From the NCBI GenBank assembly GCA_050261575.1, contig JBLNDL010000092.1:1-64000 (forward strand): a DNA stretch of 64,000 nucleotides, given 5' to 3'. The notes below the pieces were generated by a model that did no database searches, was not told the DNA's origin, and saw only the letters and a program-made list of their open reading frames with translations. Both the position numbers and the translations under genes were made by a program. Each line of letters starts with the position of its first letter. Positions within the stretch are counted from its first letter, which is position 1. This DNA comes from Sphingomonadaceae bacterium (GTDB taxonomy: Bacteria > Chloroflexota > UBA6077). Positions 60,103 through 64,000 of the stretch are shown here, piece after piece.

Positions 60103-63100
60103 ATGCGCATAGCCCGACTCGTCCTCCACAACATCAAGAGCTACGCCGGCTCCACCACCATCGAGTTGAAGCCGGGCATCAATGCCGTGTGCGGCGCGAA
60201 CGGCGCCGGCAAGAGCACCATCTTAGAGGCGCTGGGCTTCGCCCTCTTCGGCTACAAACCCTACAAACTGGATGCCTTCCTCCGCGAGGGGGAGAAGAGC
60301 GGCAGCATCACCGTGACGGTCGAGGACGACCAGGGCTGCAGCTTCGACGTGGTGCGCAAGCTGGGATCGCCCGCCGGACAGGCCGTCTACGACGAGCTGA
60401 ACCAGAAGGTGGCCGAGGGGGAGGCGGACGTCCGCAACTGGCTGCTCGACTTCTTCCACCTGGAGCCCGGCACCGACCTGGCCAAGCTGTTCGAGGACAC
60501 GGTGGGGCCGCCCCAGGGCACCCTCACTGCCATCTTCCTGGAGAGCGCCGCCCTCCGCAGCAAGAAGTTCGATCGGCTGCTGCAGATCGAGGACTACGCC
60601 ACCGCCGCCCAGGGGCTGCGGGCCGTGAGCAACCTCTTCCGGGACCAGGCGGTGGAGGCGGAGAAGAGGGCGGCGCTGCTGGAGGGGGACGTCCGCAGGC
60701 TGCCGGATACGGAGGAGCGGCATCGGGATGTGGCCCTGCGGAAGGCCGACCTAGCGGTGGCGGTAGCCCGTGCACAGCAGCGGCAGACGGAGCTGGCCGC
60801 CGCGTCGGAGCGGCTGGAGCAGGCCCGCCTGGCTGTGCAGCGCGCGGAGGCGGATCTGCGATTGGCCGGGAGCCGGACGGCGGAGGCGGAGCGCCGCCGG
60901 GAGGAGCTGGAAGCAGAGCTGCACCGCGCCGAGAAGGCCGTGCGGCTGCTGGAGGCGAGCCGGCCGGGCTACGAGGCATACCAGGAAGCCACCGATCGGC
61001 TGCGGAAGCTGAACGAGCGCCGCCAGGGGAGGGACCGCCTCCGACAGAGCGCCGAGATCGCGGGTCGGGCCGCCCTACGCTGGGAGCAGGAGCGACTTGC
61101 CGCCGAGAAGCGCCTAGCGGATCTGGACCGCGACGAGGCCCGCGCCGCCGAGCGGCAGCGCCTCCTTCCCGAGCAGGAGGCTCGAGAGGCGGCGGTGCGA
61201 GAGGCCGAGGATCGGGTGAGGTCCAGGCTGGAGGCGCAGCGCCGGCTGCCCGACGTCGAGGAGCGGCTGGCATCGGCGGAGAGCAGGCTCCAGGAGGCCA
61301 GGGAGCGGCTGGCGGAGGTGGAGGCGGCTAGGCCGGCGTCCGCGGGATTGGAGCAGTTGAGGGCACGGGACCGTGGCCTGAGGGAGGATCTGGCTCGACT
61401 GGAGCAGCAGGGGTGGATCCTGAAGCAGGCCGCCGCCGACCTGGAGCAGGCGCTAGGCCGGCTGCTCCAGCTTCGCCGGGAGGCGGAACGGCTCGAGGGC
61501 GAGGCCGCGGCGCTGCGCCCGCTGGCGACGGTGGCCGCGCTAGCGTCGGATCGGCAAAGGGAGCGGGACGCGGCCCACGGCGACCTGGAGGCCCTTCGGG
61601 CCCGCCACCTGGAGGCCCAGCGATCCCGCAGCCAGGTGAAGGATGGACTGTGCCCCTTCCTCCACGAGCCCTGCAAGAACCTGCGGCCCGGGGTGTCGCT
61701 GGATGGCCACTTCGATCGGGTGATCGCCGAGGTCGCCACGGCGCTGGAAGGGGCCCGGGCGAGGCTGGCCCGCTCGGAGGCGGATCTAGCCGAGGCACGC
61801 TCCGCGGAGCGCGAAGTCGCCCGTCTGCCCGATCTGGAGGCTCGGCTGGCTCGACTATCGGAGGAGCGTGCGGGACTGGAGCAAGAGATCGGGCGGCTGG
61901 AGGACGTGCTCCGAGAACTGGAGGGCGTCCCTCAACGGCGGGCCGAGCTGCTGGAGACCCTCCAGGCGCTGGAGCCGGAGTTGGCCCGCGCCGAGGCAGC
62001 GCGGCAACTGGTGAGCGGCGAGCCCGGCTGGCGGCGCCAGGCCGAGGAGGCCGCCGCGGATGTGGAGAGGGAGAGGCAGGCCCTGGCCGAGCTGCGGACG
62101 GCGTTGGAGAGGGATGCGGGAGCGACGGAGGCGCTGGCCGCGGCCCAGGCCCGCCTGAAGGAGCTGGGCGACCCCCGGGGAGAGGTCGCGGCGCTGCGAC
62201 AGCGTATCGCCCGGGAGCGGCCAGAGGCCGAGCGGGCACTGGAGCGCGCAGGTCGGGAGTACGCCGCGGCCCGGACCGCCGAGGAGAAGATGCGGCTGGC
62301 GCTGGAGCCATTCGCCCGGCTGGAAGAGGAGATGGCCACTGCAACCCGGTTGCGGGACGAGAACGAGGAGAGCTACCGCCGCTTCCTGGAGAACCAGGGG
62401 GAGGCGGGCCGGCTCGAGCAGCGCCGCCACGCCCACCAGCAGGCGGTGGAGGAGGCCGCGCGCGCGGCGGCGCTCGAGGAGGCCGCGCGCGCGGCGCTCG
62501 AGAAGCTGCGGGCCACCTACGACGAGGCGGAGCAGCAGCGACTGCGGCAGGAGATGGACGGAGTCACCGCCGAGATCGCGAGCGGCCAGAGGGAGCTGGA
62601 GCTGTGCACCCAGGAGGAGGAGCGACTCCTGCGGGAGCTGAGCGAGCTGCGGCAGAGGAAGTCGGAGATGAAGGCCGCCCAGGGGCAGGCCGCCGAGAGC
62701 CGCCAGTTGGTGGAGACGGTGGAGGCGGTGCGGCGGGCCCTGGACGCCGCCGGCCCCGAGATAGCCAGGGCGCTGCTGCGCCGCATCTCCGCCCGGGCCA
62801 CCACCATCTACCGAGACCTGCTGGGGCAGCCGACAGTATCGCTGGAATGGGGACCCGACTACGAGATCCGCTGCCGCATCCGGTCCGAGGAGCGGGAGTT
62901 CAAGCAGCTATCGGGCGGGGAGCAGATGGCGGCGGCGCTCGCGGTGAGGCTCGCCTTGCTGCAGAGCCTCAGCAACCTGCGGCTGGCCTTCCTGGACGAG
63001 CCCACTGCCCACATGGATGCGGTGCGCCGGGCCAACCTGGCAGCGCAGATCCAGAACCTGCGCTCCTTCGACCAGCTCGTGGTGATCTCCCACGACGACT

Positions 63101-63171
63101 CCTTCGATACCCTCTTCAGCCACGTGGTGAGGCTCGCGAAGCAGGGTAGCGCGACCGTGGTGGAAGAATAG
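60103..63171 (+). CDS. sbcC: Rad50/SbcC family SMC-like ATPase
   Basis: Walker A GANGAGKST, Q-loop PQG, long coiled coil with central CPFLHEPC, signature LSGGE, Walker B FLDEPT and ISH. Confidence 0.95.
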   Translation: MRIARLVLHNIKSYAGSTTIELKPGINAVCGANGAGKSTILEALGFALFGYKPYKLDAFLREGEKSGSITVTVEDDQGCSFDVVRKLGSPAGQAVYDELNQKVAEGEADVRNWLLDFFHLEPGTDLAKLFEDTVGPPQGTLTAIFLESAALRSKKFDRLLQIEDYATAAQGLRAVSNLFRDQAVEAEKRAALLEGDVRRLPDTEERHRDVALRKADLAVAVARAQQRQTELAAASERLEQARLAVQRAEADLRLAGSRTAEAERRREELEAELHRAEKAVRLLEASRPGYEAYQEATDRLRKLNERRQGRDRLRQSAEIAGRAALRWEQERLAAEKRLADLDRDEARAAERQRLLPEQEAREAAVREAEDRVRSRLEAQRRLPDVEERLASAESRLQEARERLAEVEAARPASAGLEQLRARDRGLREDLARLEQQGWILKQAAADLEQALGRLLQLRREAERLEGEAAALRPLATVAALASDRQRERDAAHGDLEALRARHLEAQRSRSQVKDGLCPFLHEPCKNLRPGVSLDGHFDRVIAEVATALEGARARLARSEADLAEARSAEREVARLPDLEARLARLSEERAGLEQEIGRLEDVLRELEGVPQRRAELLETLQALEPELARAEAARQLVSGEPGWRRQAEEAAADVERERQALAELRTALERDAGATEALAAAQARLKELGDPRGEVAALRQRIARERPEAERALERAGREYAAARTAEEKMRLALEPFARLEEEMATATRLRDENEESYRRFLENQGEAGRLEQRRHAHQQAVEEAARAAALEEAARAALEKLRATYDEAEQQRLRQEMDGVTAEIASGQRELELCTQEEERLLRELSELRQRKSEMKAAQGQAAESRQLVETVEAVRRALDAAGPEIARALLRRISARATTIYRDLLGQPTVSLEWGPDYEIRCRIRSEEREFKQLSGGEQMAAALAVRLALLQSLSNLRLAFLDEPTAHMDAVRRANLAAQIQNLRSFDQLVVISHDDSFDTLFSHVVRLAKQGSATVVEE

Positions 63172-63203
63172 GGCGGAACGACGCACTTAGGAAACCCGGG
63201 CGA

Positions 63204-63281
63204 ATCCGCAGACGGCGCAGATCGACACAGATAGAGCCCGTCCGGGCAGGTATATGCGAGCATCTGCGTACATCTGCGGAT
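63204..63281. repeat. Inverted array of 10-bp-period CGCAGAT units
   Basis: atccgcagac-ggcgcagat-cgacacagat ... atatgcg-agc-atctgcg-tac-atctgcggat. Confidence 0.7.
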
Positions 63282-63328
63282 CGGTCCCACCGCAGGGGGC
63301 CAGGCGTTACGCCAGGAGGCACACTTCC

Positions 63329-64000
63329 ATGCTCTACCCGGAAAAGGTGAAGCAGGCGCTGGAGGCTAGGCTCGCCGCCTTCCAGGATCTGGAGTCCCGC
63401 CACCATCGGGATATGGAGGGCTGCCTCCGCTCACTGGAACGGTTGGGAGGGATGAGCCGGGCCGAGATCGAGGCCCGGTTGGAGGGCAGGGGCGACCCCG
63501 GCGCCCTTCCGAGTGAGGAGCATGGGACGCCGCTGGTGATCCCCTTCGGCCAGCGATGGGCCAACCACCAGGAGGCCAGGGCCTGGGCATTCCAGCGAAT
63601 CCAGGGGATCACCACCCTCGCCGTGGACGGTAGCCAGATCCCACCCTCCAAGGACTACTCCTTCCGGCTGGCGGCGATCCAGGTGGCCTGGTTCGAGAAT
63701 CCCCACTCCTGCGATGGCAAGGGTTACGTCAAGGACGCCTCCTTCGAGCTGCTGGCGCCTGCGGCGCAGCGAGAGCAGGGGGAGGAGGCCGTGGAGCCAG
63801 GCCAGGACGTCCAGCTTCGCCGCTTCGAGGCAGAAGTCTCCAAGATCGTGGAGCACATGCAGCGATGGCACCGGCTCGACCCGCCCCCCGTGGCCTTCTT
63901 CGACGGCACCCTGGCCGTCTCCTTCGCCGCGTCGTTGCCAGAGAGGCTGAGGGTCCGCTACGTTGGGGCCATCCTGCGGCTGCTGCGGGAGTCCAGGGAG
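63329..64000 (+). CDS. nurA: NurA family DNA double-strand break repair nuclease (3' end outside the window; absent from the ORF track)
   Basis: AGGAGG SD; frame open to the window end, MLYPEKVKQALE...; RNase H-fold catalytic motifs TLAVDGSQI and AFFDGTL; follows mre11-rad50. Confidence 0.88.
   Translation, partial: MLYPEKVKQALEARLAAFQDLESRHHRDMEGCLRSLERLGGMSRAEIEARLEGRGDPGALPSEEHGTPLVIPFGQRWANHQEARAWAFQRIQGITTLAVDGSQIPPSKDYSFRLAAIQVAWFENPHSCDGKGYVKDASFELLAPAAQREQGEEAVEPGQDVQLRRFEAEVSKIVEHMQRWHRLDPPPVAFFDGTLAVSFAASLPERLRVRYVGAILRLLRESRE

Overview
High-GC bacterial chromosomal segment. The Pro/Thr/Ala-linker lipoproteins, the C-terminal module of the secreted glycosidase and the extended FolP suggest Chloroflexota; this is an inference. 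Core and metabolic genes: GH38 mannosidase, debranching-type glucosidase, DMT transporter, three aminotransferases, tungsten-type aldehyde:ferredoxin oxidoreductase, nadE, glnA, tRNA-Thr(CGT), tctBAC, pyrE, a complete pstSCAB-phoU-phoB-phoR locus with a four-unit PHO box, tsaD, CIRCE-groESL, rnhA, a UroD-like protein, an M1 peptidase/SPFH/RHH/membrane cluster, HpcH aldolase, a LarA-family protein, folP-folC, a GAF-GGDEF protein, prepilin peptidase and an archaeal-style mre11-rad50-nurA operon running off the right edge. No prophage, integrase, transposase or CRISPR array is visible. The unexplained signal is mainly non-coding: a 65-66-bp MITE-like element in three copies, a near-consensus promoter driving a ~365-nt structured leader, several REP-like and short-period repeat families (one translated inside folP), a second degenerate CIRCE, candidate operators, and two gene relics not evident from the ORF track (a frameshifted MetC/MetB-like fragment and a degenerate HD-GYP fragment). 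All calls come from reading the sequence by eye; no database searches were run.
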